Notes under the pieces: model-generated
Databases searched by the model: none
Told to the model about the DNA's origin: nothing
What the model saw: the letters and a program-made list of their open reading frames with translations, nothing else
Shown here: in pieces, positions 13,901-25,900 of the stretch
How the letters are laid out: the number at the start of each line of letters is the position of its first letter
Numbering within the stretch: position 1 is the stretch's first letter
Source: Mizuhopecten yessoensis
Taxonomy: Eukaryota
Reading direction: 5' to 3'
DNA length: 64,000 bases
Assembly: GCF_002113885.1 (NCBI RefSeq)
Contig: NW_018407700.1
Coordinates: forward strand, 499,373 to 563,372
Program-made: the position numbers and the translations under genes

Positions 13901-14865
13901 GAAAGAGAGTAGTGTGCTTCCACCAGGGATTGAACCCCTGATTCTGGACTTTCTAGTTGGATGCTCTACAACTGAGCTAAAGGGAAATTGCCTCTAGCAT
14001 GAAGCTGCCACACTATATTTACGCTTCTCCCTTTTTGAATGTGTTCAGCCTCGAACACCACAACTTAACCTAGCTAGGTTCTAACTCCCTTTCACCACAG
14101 GGAGGACATGTACAACGTTAACAGGCACCATTTTAACAGGAAAGAGAGAAGTGTGCCTCCACAGGGGATCAAATTGACGCCCCGATCTTGGACTTCCTAG
14201 TCGGATGCTCTACCACTAAGCTAAAAGCAAATTCTCTCAAGCATGCAGCTAGAAGCTAGGCAACGTACGTATGTAATCATCATATGTACAACTAAAATCT
14301 TGCCACAAATGCATGTTACACATGCTTATAGTTGCGAAATATGTACAGTGTATGTGTTTATTCGGTATTTTAAAACTTATTCTTTTTTTCTACATATTAT
14401 TTTTCGAAATGTACACAAATATTGAAAAACCAAAAGTTACAGCCAAACTGGTTTTGTTCAAGTCTGATCTCAGTTATCGATGACTCACTATCACCAGCTA
14501 TGATGTTATGATCAACAAATAGTGTAGACGTCCGTCAAGGTAATAGATAAATCATATTAAATCAAGACTAAGAGTACCTGGATATTTTAATTGTATGGAC
14601 TATTTCAGTTTCAAATATGAATTCATTTATTGCATATTTTGGACGGTAACTTTTAAGCAACATAGTATTAGTAGTAGGACCTATAAACTGATAAATGTAA
14701 ATATATATTGTCAGCCATTTGCCGGTACCATTATATGGTCTATACTTCGTTGAAATACTTACAATAGTACGCCACGACTGGATCACGTTTGTCATGTTCT
14801 GTGGCTGTCTTTAGGTAATGCTGTATAGCTTTTAGATTAGCAGGGAGTGGGGGTAAGCTCGACAT
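4972..14865 (-). CDS. VTA1: Vacuolar protein sorting-associated protein VTA1 homolog (ESCRT/VPS4 cofactor), 7 coding exons, ~320 aa
   Basis: Exons (-): 14865-14763, 11913-11819, 11380-11256, 10989-10914, 7025-6908, 6354-6058, 5120-4972; all GT-AG, phases consistent, total 963 nt. Translation MSSLPPLPANLKAIQHYLKTATEHDKRDPVVAYYCRLYAMQKGM...FADNEDRAGRFNKNVVKSFY...KYAKWKAAYIHRCLKNGETP...KFCKYASSAIQYEDSTTAINNLTKALKLL matches the tandem MIT domains and C-terminal VSL domain of VTA1. Confidence 0.97.
5213..5742. repeat. 29-bp minisatellite in VTA1 intron 6 (~18 copies)
   Basis: Unit TTATTTGTCTTCTATCTTGTGYCACTGAG; period 29 (5342 and 5371). Confidence 0.95.
7230..10590. repeat. 43-bp minisatellite in VTA1 intron 4 (~78 copies)
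   Basis: Unit TCTGTAGGGACCAGTAGTGATTGTTGTGATTGGMTGTGAGGTM; period 43 (7273 and 7316). Confidence 0.96.
12791..12953. repeat. 41-bp tandem repeat, 4 copies
   Basis: AAAATAMGGGAGTCGGCTCCCTCCAAAAGACTAATCTAACC; each unit holds a GGGAG-CTCCC hairpin. Confidence 0.9.
13255..13685 (-). mobile_element. Decayed SINE-like fragment followed by a 20-22 bp tandem repeat grown from its end
   Basis: Duplicated gaggaaacccgagtacc motif and tRNA-like end (cagggaatcaaa...gcgagtgcactacccactac); then (CACCCAGGTAGTTAGAACAT)n at ~13430-13685. Confidence 0.5.
13795..14240. mobile_element. Cluster of three degenerate tRNA-derived (SINE-head-like) units
   Basis: + unit at ~13800-13880 (GCTCAGT...AGAGC...GTTCGATCC); - units at ~13913-13980 (TAGCTCAGTTGTAGAGC...GGTTCAATCCC) and ~14152-14225, both sharing the flank taacaggaaagagag.agtgtgc. 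Confidence 0.6.
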
Positions 14866-16759
14866 TGTCACTTGTTTCTCCGACAGATTTAATGCAAAAG
14901 TCAACACTAAGAGAGTTACATTGAAGGGAACTAACTCTTGTCTGCATTTCGACATATGGTATATAGTTGAATTTTGGCAAAACTCCCCACAAAATCACAA
15001 CAATACACACGTAAATGCCTCCTTTTTAGCCATCAAAATATAATAGTTTTAGATTTTAAAACATAATTTTAACTGAAAATCTATATTCGAACTTCGATCA
15101 AAATGACTTCATCACTTGTGTTGTGGTTCAAGAGCATCTACTATAAAGAATTATTCTATGCTTGATTTTGGAGACCGCAATGCATCATTAGTGTCTCTTT
15201 CCTGGCGACTAAACAACATAAGATCACGTAAAACTATTACGCTTGGTAGTGCTTATTTAATCATACTGGAATTTGTTATCATTTTGCTTTTTCCAATGCA
15301 AAAAAAAAGCCTTATAACAAAAACATATTATACCATGTATATATTTAAAGTGCCTAAATATTATTTAATTTTAAAGTTATATTGCATTTTGAAATGCCTC
15401 AGATCGCATCAGAGCACCCAGAATATATTCAAAATTATAAGGTAATAGAAAAGACGTTTTGGTAACGGGTATGATATTTAGCAACATGACTGTCAATGAT
15501 TATCATCCTGTAACTGCGACGTTTTATTATGTATTCTTGTCATATCGTGAAAACGGACCTTTATTATCCTAATTATGTTATCTGTTCAGTACGATGGCCA
15601 ACAATAGCCTGACAAACAGATATGAATACAAATGGTACACAAAGATATTAAAATTCAAATCTTTGTGTACCATGTAAAAGTGTACCATGGTACACAAAGA
15701 TATGAAAGCAGAAATACAATCAACCCGTTGCTTTTGGTACAGAAACATGTGAAACGATCAAACGTAAAGGTTACCAAGTATGACAAATTACACCCTGATA
15801 AGGCTGTCATCACATACAATGAAATGGTATCGCGCGGAATGTCTGTTATTTTGATTGCACCAAATGAGATACCAAACTATTACTTACTCATTTAAATTGA
15901 AGTCAACTGTTCAATATCCTTTACCGAATTTTATAAAAGTTTTACGTTAAAAAGGAAGTAATTTTGGATTATTTTTCTAATACTTACATTTCGAATGTAT
16001 TCTATCCGCTTCAAGTTCTTAAATGAAAGAACCTCCGAATCAGTTGAAAACGCCGACGGGTTCCGTATGGGACAAGGGGACAAAAGGGGACAATCAATTT
16101 AATTACTTCGAAGGATAAATAGTCTACCCTTTTATATTTTTGGGGGGGGAAATACGATGAGCTAGTTGTACGATTCTTTTATAATCTGGATTTCTATCAA
16201 AACAACGGAAATGACAAAAATATACAGATGTTCTTTTTCCCTTTTGGAGACCCTGTCAAGGCCACAATACTTCACAATTGCAACTAACTCTGTTTTTCAT
16301 CAGCAGTGACGTTGTAATTGGGGCTTCACTATTCGGGGTCAGTTCTGGTCACATTGTCCGATAACAACATTCCGATGCTCTGGTGGTACACTTCTTTCAT
16401 ATCTATTTGTACCGTAGGTGATACGAAAAGAAATGAAAAACGTGTAACGCGGTACTAAAAGGAGAGAAGCTTTCATATCTTTTTTGTACCGGGCAAAAGT
16501 GTACCACGGTACAGAAAGATATGAAAATTCAAATCACTTTGCCGGCCGACATCGGCTGTTGGTACATATACATGTGAAAGTAAAGAGGTTTTTTTTATAA
16601 AGTTGGTTATAATCTTTATGTTCCATGATACACTTGTACATGATTACCATCAGTCTTTTGATTTATCGTGAACATCATCTCCCCTCCTGTCTTCTATCAG
16701 TACAATAGACTTTTTCACCCTTTACACCACTATATCGCTTACCAATAGACTGATGGTTA

Positions 16760-17550
16760 CAATGTACCATCGTTCTCTTATCAACAGAGCCTTGTTTTCT
16801 TAGAAAGGCAAGCAGTGATATAAATACCATAGTACATGGTTTTGAACTTTTATTCTAAAAAACCCACACCAAATGCCAAGATAAAATATACTGAGGATGT
16901 TCTGGTTGACAATATCTTTGTTGTGTTCGGGTCAAGATTTCCAAAACGCTGTAGGTACCAATATTCGTATTGGAACAAAATGTGCCCATCTATTGTCCGA
17001 TTTTGTTTTTAATTTTCATGTGAAGCCGAGGACTGGTAGCTTAAAAGTTTCTAAATACTTCAACCTCAAATTAAGATATATCGACGATGCGTTGAAACTT
17101 GTGGGTGAAGTAAAGACGCTACCAATTATCCTTCATCAGCCGATTTCAGAAGTTATACTTATAGCATGACCAATAAATAGGTATGGCTTACTACTAAGAT
17201 GTGCATCCCTTTCCTGGTAGTAAAATAACTACATATAATTATCTGCTTCCGAAACCTTAGGTGTTTACATGTCACACTTGATTCGGTATTGCCGGTTGGC
17301 CCCCAATATCATGCTTTCAGTGAAGGATGTTCTTGTCGAACCATTACGTGTATGGATCACTTCCAGCATGACCTCATTGGGAAGTTTGCTATTACTTAAT
17401 GCCATGGGAGTCGATGTTTTCTTTTATTATTCTCCTTAATGTATCCGCCGTCGCTTTGGATGACTGTCGTGACTTTGGTTTTAACTAGATTTACATGGTA
17501 GTTGTCGTTTATGATGCAGAAGACGTTTACCCTTCCGGAACACTGATCTT
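16760..17550 (+). mobile_element. Highly decayed Penelope-like retroelement RT fragment
   Basis: Relic motifs IGTKCAHLLSDF (cf. MGTNCAPLLADLFL) and RYIDD in ORF 16897-17169; downstream GVYMSHLIRYCR-like segment (cf. GVYISQLIRYAR) at ~17260-17295; 3' tacccttccggaacac motif. Confidence 0.7.
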
Positions 17551-17653
17551 ATTCTTTTTGACATTTCCAAAGATCTCGCTTAAAGGTTTCTTTTATTTAT
17601 AGTTTCGTATTTCTAGTGCATAGTATATGCAGTGAGGTGCTTGACTGCTGGTG

Positions 17654-18803
17654 GACTAGGCTGGCCGTAGCCCTGGTAGGACTAGGTTGGTCGTAGCCTT
17701 GTAGGACTAGGTTGGTCGTAGCCTTGTAGGACTAGTATGGTCGTAGCCTTGTAGGACTAGGTTGGTCGTAGCCCTGGTAGGACTAGGATGGTCGTAGCCT
17801 TGTAGGACTAGGTTGGGCGTAGCCTTGTAGGACTAGGTTGGTCGTAGCCTTGTGGGACTAGGTTGGTCGTAGCCTTGTAGGACTAGGTTGGTCGTAGCCA
17901 TGTAGGACTATGTTGGACGTAGCCTGGTAGGACTAGGTTGGTCGTAGCCTTATATGACTAGGTTGGTCGTAGCCTTGTAGGACTAGGTTGGCCGTAGCCT
18001 TGTATGACTAGGTTGGCCGTAGCCTTATAGGACTAGGTTGGTCGTAGCCTTGTAGAGCTAGGTTGGTCGTAGCCTTGTAGGACTAGGTTGGTCGTAGCCT
18101 TGTAGGACTAGGTTGGTCGTAGACATGAATGACTAGGATGATCGTAGCCTTGTAGGACTAGGCCGGCCGTAGCCTTGTAGGACTACGTTGGTCGTAGCCT
18201 TGTAGGCCTCGGTTGGCCGTAGCCTTGTATGACTAGGTTGGCCCTTACCTTATAGGACTAGGTTGGTCGTAGCCTTATATGACTAGGTTGGTCGTAGACT
18301 CGTAGGACGAGGTTGGTCGTAGCCTTGTAGGACGAGGTTGGCCGTAGCCGTGTATGACTAGGTTGGGCGTAGCCTTGTAGGACTAGGTGGGCCGTACCCT
18401 TTTAGGACTAGGTTGGCCGTAGCCTTTTAGGACTAGGTTGGTCGTAGCCTTGTAGGACTAGGTTGGTCGTAGACATGTATGACTAGGTTGATCGTAGCCT
18501 TGTAGGACTAGGTTGGTCGTAGCCTTGTAGGACTAGGTTGGTCGTAGACATGTATGACTAGGTTGGCCGTAGCCTTGTAGGACTAGGTCGGCCGTAGCCT
18601 TGTAGGACTAGGTTGGCCGTAGCCTTGTAGGACTAGGCCGGCCGTAGCCTTGTAGGACTAGGTTGGTCGTTGCCTTGTAGGATTAGGTTGGCCGTAGCCA
18701 TGTAGGACTAGGTTGGTCGTAGCCTTGTAGGGCTAGGTTGGTCGTAGCCTTGTAGGACTAGGTTGGTCGTAGCCTTGTAGGACTTGGTTGGCCGTAGCCT
18801 TGT
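17654..18803. repeat. 25-bp minisatellite between VTA1 and AIF1 (~46 copies)
   Basis: Unit TAGGACTAGGTTGGTCGTAGCCTTG. Confidence 0.96.
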
Positions 18804-19940
18804 TGCTGGACTTTATTCTCGCATGCTTTACATGAAATACTAGTTTAGGTATAAATTAACTATAGTAGCTAAAGGTTGTGGATTTGTAACGTTATCGAAG
18901 GAATGTTAAAGGCATCTTTCCCTTTTCGATGTATTCTACATACGTTTCAAAACACTTGAGACATGAATTTGTTTCATCCTTTGGACCGTTAGTACCACTG
19001 ACGAGTTCTGAATGGTCCAGATAGCCACCCGGTAAGTAAAATGTGTACATTGCATAACTTTCTGTATTTACATTTCTTAAAAATGCAAAATAATGTATAA
19101 TCATTAACAACTAGTTGTCTGAAAGCAGAGGATTTCTCAAATTCAAATCGCAACCAAAAAAATTCTCAGTTATCTAAAGCATCAGTTCTGTTAAGTGATA
19201 TGAGTTTACGAATTTAGCATGAATTTAATATTACCAATATCCCTCTACTTTTTGTTTAGATTGCGATAGGAATGAGAACTAGATATACTGATACATGTAA
19301 CTATAATAAGTGTATAGGGAAGTTTACAGATTTAGTTATTATACCGTTTGATTGTTGGCAGCCATTAGATGAAATGATTGGCTTGGCATTATAACAGAAA
19401 TAGGGGCAGGTGTTGTGTTTTGAGGAGATCATTAGAGAAAGGAGGCTCTGAAGTAGTGCCCTCCCCCCAATCCCCCTCCCCACCAATCCCCCTCCCCACC
19501 AATGTATTTACAAATTCACCATTGTTAAACTAAACACAGACCACATGTACACGACGGGTTGAATACATGTCATGGGAGGAGTATTTAAAATAATACAGTC
19601 GCCTTGACGAAAATGGGAGCAATTATAAGCGGGATGTGGACTGGTAGTGCTCTCAGCATCAGTAACATGCCCTAGTCGCTAGCTGTCGGGGGTCTGGGAG
19701 CGTAGTTGTCGTCAACAGAGACATGTATTAGGGACATTGTGGTCATGTAAACTCGTGTGAATACATGAAGGAAGTACGTACGTTTGTCGATTCACTCCTG
19801 GTGTGCAAGGCAGACTAGCGGAAGGACGTTCGAGGGGATGAGTTAAACCACTTCAACGATATATCCGATATAAAACCTGTCACAGGAGGAAGGTCGGTCA
19901 TAACCATTCAACGCTCGCTTTACGTATCGATACATTCAAG

Positions 19941-22900
19941 ATGGAAACACCAATACTGGACCCCACAGACCACCAAGGTTAGTAGCCGGAGTTATATATT
20001 TTTTTATCACAGGTTCAGACCCAGAAGCCCATTGATCATTTACCATATACTTCTTAATTAGCTTACTTTTCCAACTGTCATAAACCTTTATGAAAATGTT
20101 CTCAGATTTCAGACCCTGCTAATGTTAACAATCTATGTGTTAAAAGCTGTGAAAATTCGGATCATATGTGAGCGACAATCGCAATAGATTATACTGGAAT
20201 GGTATTCAAATTTCCTGTGTAGTATTGACGCTTTAAGCCACACGGATCTATGCACGTGCCTGTTCTAATCGGGATGCTGATACCATAACCGATAGCGGGG
20301 TTGTGGTTTGAGCAGTTTTACTCTAGTTAGGTTCGAGGACGGGTTCGATCGATAGTAACTCTTGCGACATATATGGCACCGACACACATGGCGGACTATT
20401 TGGTCTGCATATGCTGAGCGATGCATATGTTGTGTGAAATGTTTGATTGTCGAATAACCCTCTTATAACATGAATTAAACCTAGTATGCTCATGCATTTT
20501 ATATGCTGTTACCAATAACTGATGTTACTCAGAATTTTTCTGATTGCTTTTAGACGAATACTATTTCCGGCTTAGCAAGCAAAATAGTTGAATAGCAGGT
20601 ATTTTATTTTGCTTAACGGTAAGCGCTAATAATAATAGAACAAGACGAAACAAATCGCAGCATTGAAGCCGGTTAGATGTTGAAACTTACAAAGGTGGAA
20701 ATATAAATCATGACCTGAAACAGGAAACATATATATAGTATAACAAGGTGAGATGTTAAACCCGTCGAACACAAACGGCTGTATGTCTAAACATATTTAA
20801 AACTATACAGCCGACGGACAACTATTGTGTAAGAATGTTAAAAAACGGAAGGTCTAAAAAATATTTCCGTATATTCAACCATGCGAATCGCAAGACGTGG
20901 CTGGACGTAGCTGGACGGGAGAAACAAGATATGAGTCGTGTAACTAGGGACACGGATGTGAGTAAGGGGAGATGAATATGTGGCAAATAGGATAGAACAA
21001 TCACGCACTCAAAACAAAATGGATACGCCTGTCCAGAATAAGAGAAATGGTGCCATGGATACAGAATAGTTGTTATGGAAAAGGGACGATATAACTAAGG
21101 ACAGAAATGGTAATGAGAGGGACACAGCGGTGTAATGGTAGGGGAATATAGATTGTGTTACGGAGTGTGTTACAACCGGAAGTATAACAGCGGATATGTA
21201 TGTGGACAAGGAAGTACGTATGTAATGGGGAACATCTATTCTGATGTGAGCGTTTGTAAGATGATTTTTTTTCGAAAAAAAAAGTAATTCTCGATAAAGA
21301 ATAGAAATAAATTTGAATAAATACCCCGATCAAAAATCTATCTCTCGAATCTACTAGTACGTACATTGTATATATCCTCCCTTACATAAACCCTACTTCC
21401 AGATGACATGGAATCCTCTTATTACACGCTCCATATTGCCTATTACGCATCCCGTACTTCTGTGTCTAGATTGTTGTGTTTTAGAAGCAGTAGCCATACG
21501 TTCTTTCTCTGCCCTTATACTATAAAGCCAAAGATAATGGGGTATTTTTAAAGACAGGTACGCTTCAATTCTGTGTCGTACACGATACATTGTCCAACAG
21601 ACGTCAACAGAAAGGTTTTTCTTTTATGAATCCAATCCCGCACGTGCTTCTTTTACGCATGGATACGTGTAATATACCAACAGAAAAAATGTAATGATTA
21701 CAAACCGAGATATATTTGTCCCTAAAGAAACCATCAGATGGATACTATCATATGTCTGAAAGGAGTTTGTTCATCCTTTCAGACTGTTTTGTTTTAGATT
21801 CAACGCAAATATTTGATACATATACATCAAAACTAATAACGGTCTAATATTTCTCAAAAAGTGTGTTATCTCTATAAAACTGTTTCCATGTATACATATA
21901 CTAGTATTATGTGTGTATTTACCTGATTTGTCGTTACAGGTGGAAAGGCGTATGGCATGCTAATGGAGGAGAAAGCCAAACTATTGGGGGAAATTAACGA
22001 GGTAGGGCGGATATCTGCTATAGACATACATCTAATGTAATAGTGCGGATATCTGCTATAGACATACACCGAATGTAATAGTGTGGATATCTGCTATAGA
22101 CATACACCTAATGTAATAGTGCGGATATCTGCTATAGACATACATCTAATGTAAAAGTGGGGTTATCTGCTATACACATACATCAAATGTAATAATGCGA
22201 ATATCTGCTATAGACATACACCTAATGGAATAGTGCGGATATCTGCTATACACATACATCTAATGTTATAGTGCGGATATCTGCTATAGACATACATCTA
22301 ATGTAATAGTGCGGATATCTGCTATAGACATACATCTAATGTAAAAGTGGGGTTATCTGCTATACACATACATCAAATGTAATAATGCGAATATCTGCTA
22401 TAGACATACACCTAATGGAATAGTGCGGATATCTGCTATAGACATACACCTAATGTAATAGTGCCGATATCTGCTATAGACATACACCTAATGTAATAGA
22501 GCGGATATCTGCTATAGACATACATCTTGCAAAAGTGCGGATACCTGCTATAGACATACATCTAATGTAATAAGGCGGATATCTGCTATAGACATCTAAT
22601 GTAATAGTGCGGATATCTGCTATACACATACACCGAATGTAATAGTGTTGATATCTGCTATAGCCATACACCTAATGTAATAGTGCGGATATCTGCTATA
22701 TACATACACCTAATGTAATATTGCGGATATCTGCTATAGCCATACATCTAATGTAATAGTGCGGATATCTGCTATAGACATACATCAAATGTAATAAGGC
22801 GGAAATCTCCTATAGACATACACCTAATGTAATAGTGTGGATATCTGCTATAGACATACATCTTGCAAAAGTGCGGATATCTGCTATAGACATACATCTA

Positions 22901-25900
22901 ATGTTATAGTGTGGATATCTGCTATAGACATACACATAATGTAATAGTGCCGATATCTGCTATAGACATACATCAAATGTAATAAGGCGATAATCTGCTA
23001 TAGACATACACCTAATGGAATAGTGCGGATATCTGTTATAGGCATACATCTAATGTAATAGTGGGGATATCTGCTATAGACATACATCTAATGTTATAGT
23101 GTGGATATATGCTATAGACATACACGTAATGAAATAGTGCGGATATCTACTATAGCCATATACATCATGTAATAGTGCCTATATCTGCTATAGACATACA
23201 CCTAATGAAATAGTGCGGATATCTACTATAGCCATATACATCATGTAATAGTGCAGATATCTGCTATAGACGTACACCTAATGTAATAGTGCGGGTATCT
23301 GCTATAGACATACACATAATGAAATAGTGCGGATATCTGCTATAGACGTACACCTAATGTAATAGTGCGGATATCTGCTATAGACATACATCTAATGTTA
23401 TGGTGCGGATATCTGCTATAGACATACACCTAATGGAATAGTGCGGATATCTGCTATAGACACCCACCTAATGTAATAGTGCGGATATCTGCTATAGACA
23501 TACATCTAATGTAATAGTGCGGATATCTGCTATATACATACACCTAATGTAATAGTGCGGATATCTGCTAAAGACATACATCTAATGTAATAGTGGGGAT
23601 ATCTGCTATAGACATACACCTAATCGAATAGTGCGGATATCTGCTATAGACATGCACCTATCTATAGTGCGGATATCTGCTATAGACATACATCTAATGT
23701 TATAAGGCGAATATCTGCTATAGACATACACCTAATGGAATAGTGCGGATATCTGCTATAAACATACACCTTATGTAATAGTGCGGATATCTGCTATAGA
23801 CATACATCTATTGTATTCGTGCGGATATCTGCTATAGACATACACCTAATGGAATAGTGCGGATATCTGCTATAGACATACACCTAATGTAATAGTGCAT
23901 ATATCTACTATAGACATACATATAATGTAAAAGTGCGGATAACTGCTATAGACATACACCTAATGTAATAGTGCGGATATCTGCTATAGACATACATCTA
24001 TTGTATTCGTGCGGATATATGCTATAGACATACACCTAATGGAATAGTGCGGATATCTGCTATAGACATACATCTATTGTATTCGTGCGGATATATGCTA
24101 TAGACATACACCTAATGGAATAGTGTGGATATCTGCTATAGACATACACCTAATGTAATAGTGTGGATATCTGCTATAGACATACATCTAATGTAATAGT
24201 GGGGATATCTGCTATAGACATACACCTAATGTAATAGTGGGGATATCTGCTATAGACATACATCTAATGTAATAGTGGGGATATCTGCTATAGACATACA
24301 TCTAATGTAATAAGGCGGATATCTGCTATAGCCATACATCTAATGTAATAATGTGGATATCTGCTATAGACATACACCTAATGTAATAGTGCGGATATCT
24401 GCTATAGACATACATCTAATGTAATAAGGCGGATATCTGCTTTAGACATACACCTAATGTAATAGTGTGGATATCTGCTATAGACATACATCTAATGTAA
24501 TAAGGCGGATATCTGCTTTAGACATACACCTAATGTAATAGTGTGGATATCTGCTATAGACATACATCTAATGTAATAGTGCGGATATCTGCTATAGACA
24601 TACATCTAATGTAATAGTGCGGATATCTGCTATATACATACACCTAATGTAATAGTGGGGATATCTGCTAAAGACATACATCTAATGTAATAGTGGGGAT
24701 ATCTGCTATAGATATACACCTAATGGAATAGTGCGGATATCTGCTATAGACATACATCTAATGTAATAGTGGGGATATCTGCTATAGATATACACCTAAT
24801 GGAATAGTGCGGATATCTGCTATAAACATACACCTAATGTAATAGTGCGGATATCTGCTATAGACACCCACCTAATGTTATAGTGCGGATATCTGCTATA
24901 GACATACATCTAATGTAATAGTGGGGATATCTGCTATAGACATACACCTAATGTAATAATGTGGATATCTGCTATATACATACATCTAATGTAATAAGGC
25001 GGATATCTGCAATAGACATACACCTAATGTTATAGTGCGGATATCTGCTATAAACATACATCTAATGTTATAGTGCGGATATCTGCAATAGACATACATC
25101 TAATGTTATAATGCGGATATCTGCTATAGACATACATCTAATGTTATAAGGCGGATATCTGCTATAGACATACACCTAATGTAATAATGTGGATATCTGC
25201 TATATACATACATCTAATGTAATAAGGCGGATATCTGCTTTAGACATACACCTAATGTAATAGTGTGGATATCTGCTATAGACATACATCTAATGTTATA
25301 GTGCGGATATCTGCAATAGACATGCATCTAATGTTATAATGCGGATATCTGCTATAGACATACATCTAATATTATATGGCGGATATCTGCTATAGACATA
25401 CATCTAATGTAATAAGGCGGATATCTGCCATAGACATACACCTTATGTAATAGTGTGGATATCTGCTATAGACATACATCTAATGTTATAAGGCGGATAT
25501 CTGTTATAGACATACATCTAATGTTATAAGGCGGATATCTGCTATAAACATACATATAATGTTATAAGGCGGATATCTGCTATAGACATACATCTAATGT
25601 AATAAGGCGGATATCTGCTATAGACATACACCTAATGTTATAGTGCGGATATCTGCTATAGACATACACCTAATGTAATAAAGATATTTCAGTAAGTTGA
25701 GACTTTCATGTTAGTGTACGTACATATTGAGCTATGATGAAAACTTGCTTAACATCATATATAACAGAAACGAACTCAGTATTTAATTAAAAGTATCGCC
25801 TTTTACAAAAAACTGAAATAGATACGTTCGAACATACAGTTATTTGGCGTTTGTATCATTGTCAACTTGTAGTCATTACATGTTTTTGCAACGTTTTAAA

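Noticed and set aside
13913-13980. Functional tRNA gene
   Set aside because: A and B boxes are present but the anticodon and acceptor stems pair poorly, and neighbouring copies are diverged; treated as a tRNA-derived repeat.
14866-14955. N-terminal extension of VTA1 from the ATG at 14955
   Set aside because: In frame, but homology begins at MSSLPPLP (14865); the extension cannot be supported without transcript data.
15600-16570. Recurring gtacc.tggtaca.aaagatatgaaa motifs upstream of VTA1
   Set aside because: Probably a decayed DNA transposon, but I could not define termini or a TSD.
17654-25680. CRISPR-like arrays (25-38 bp repeats)
   Set aside because: Head-to-tail repeats with no unique spacers, no cas genes, and a spliced eukaryotic context.
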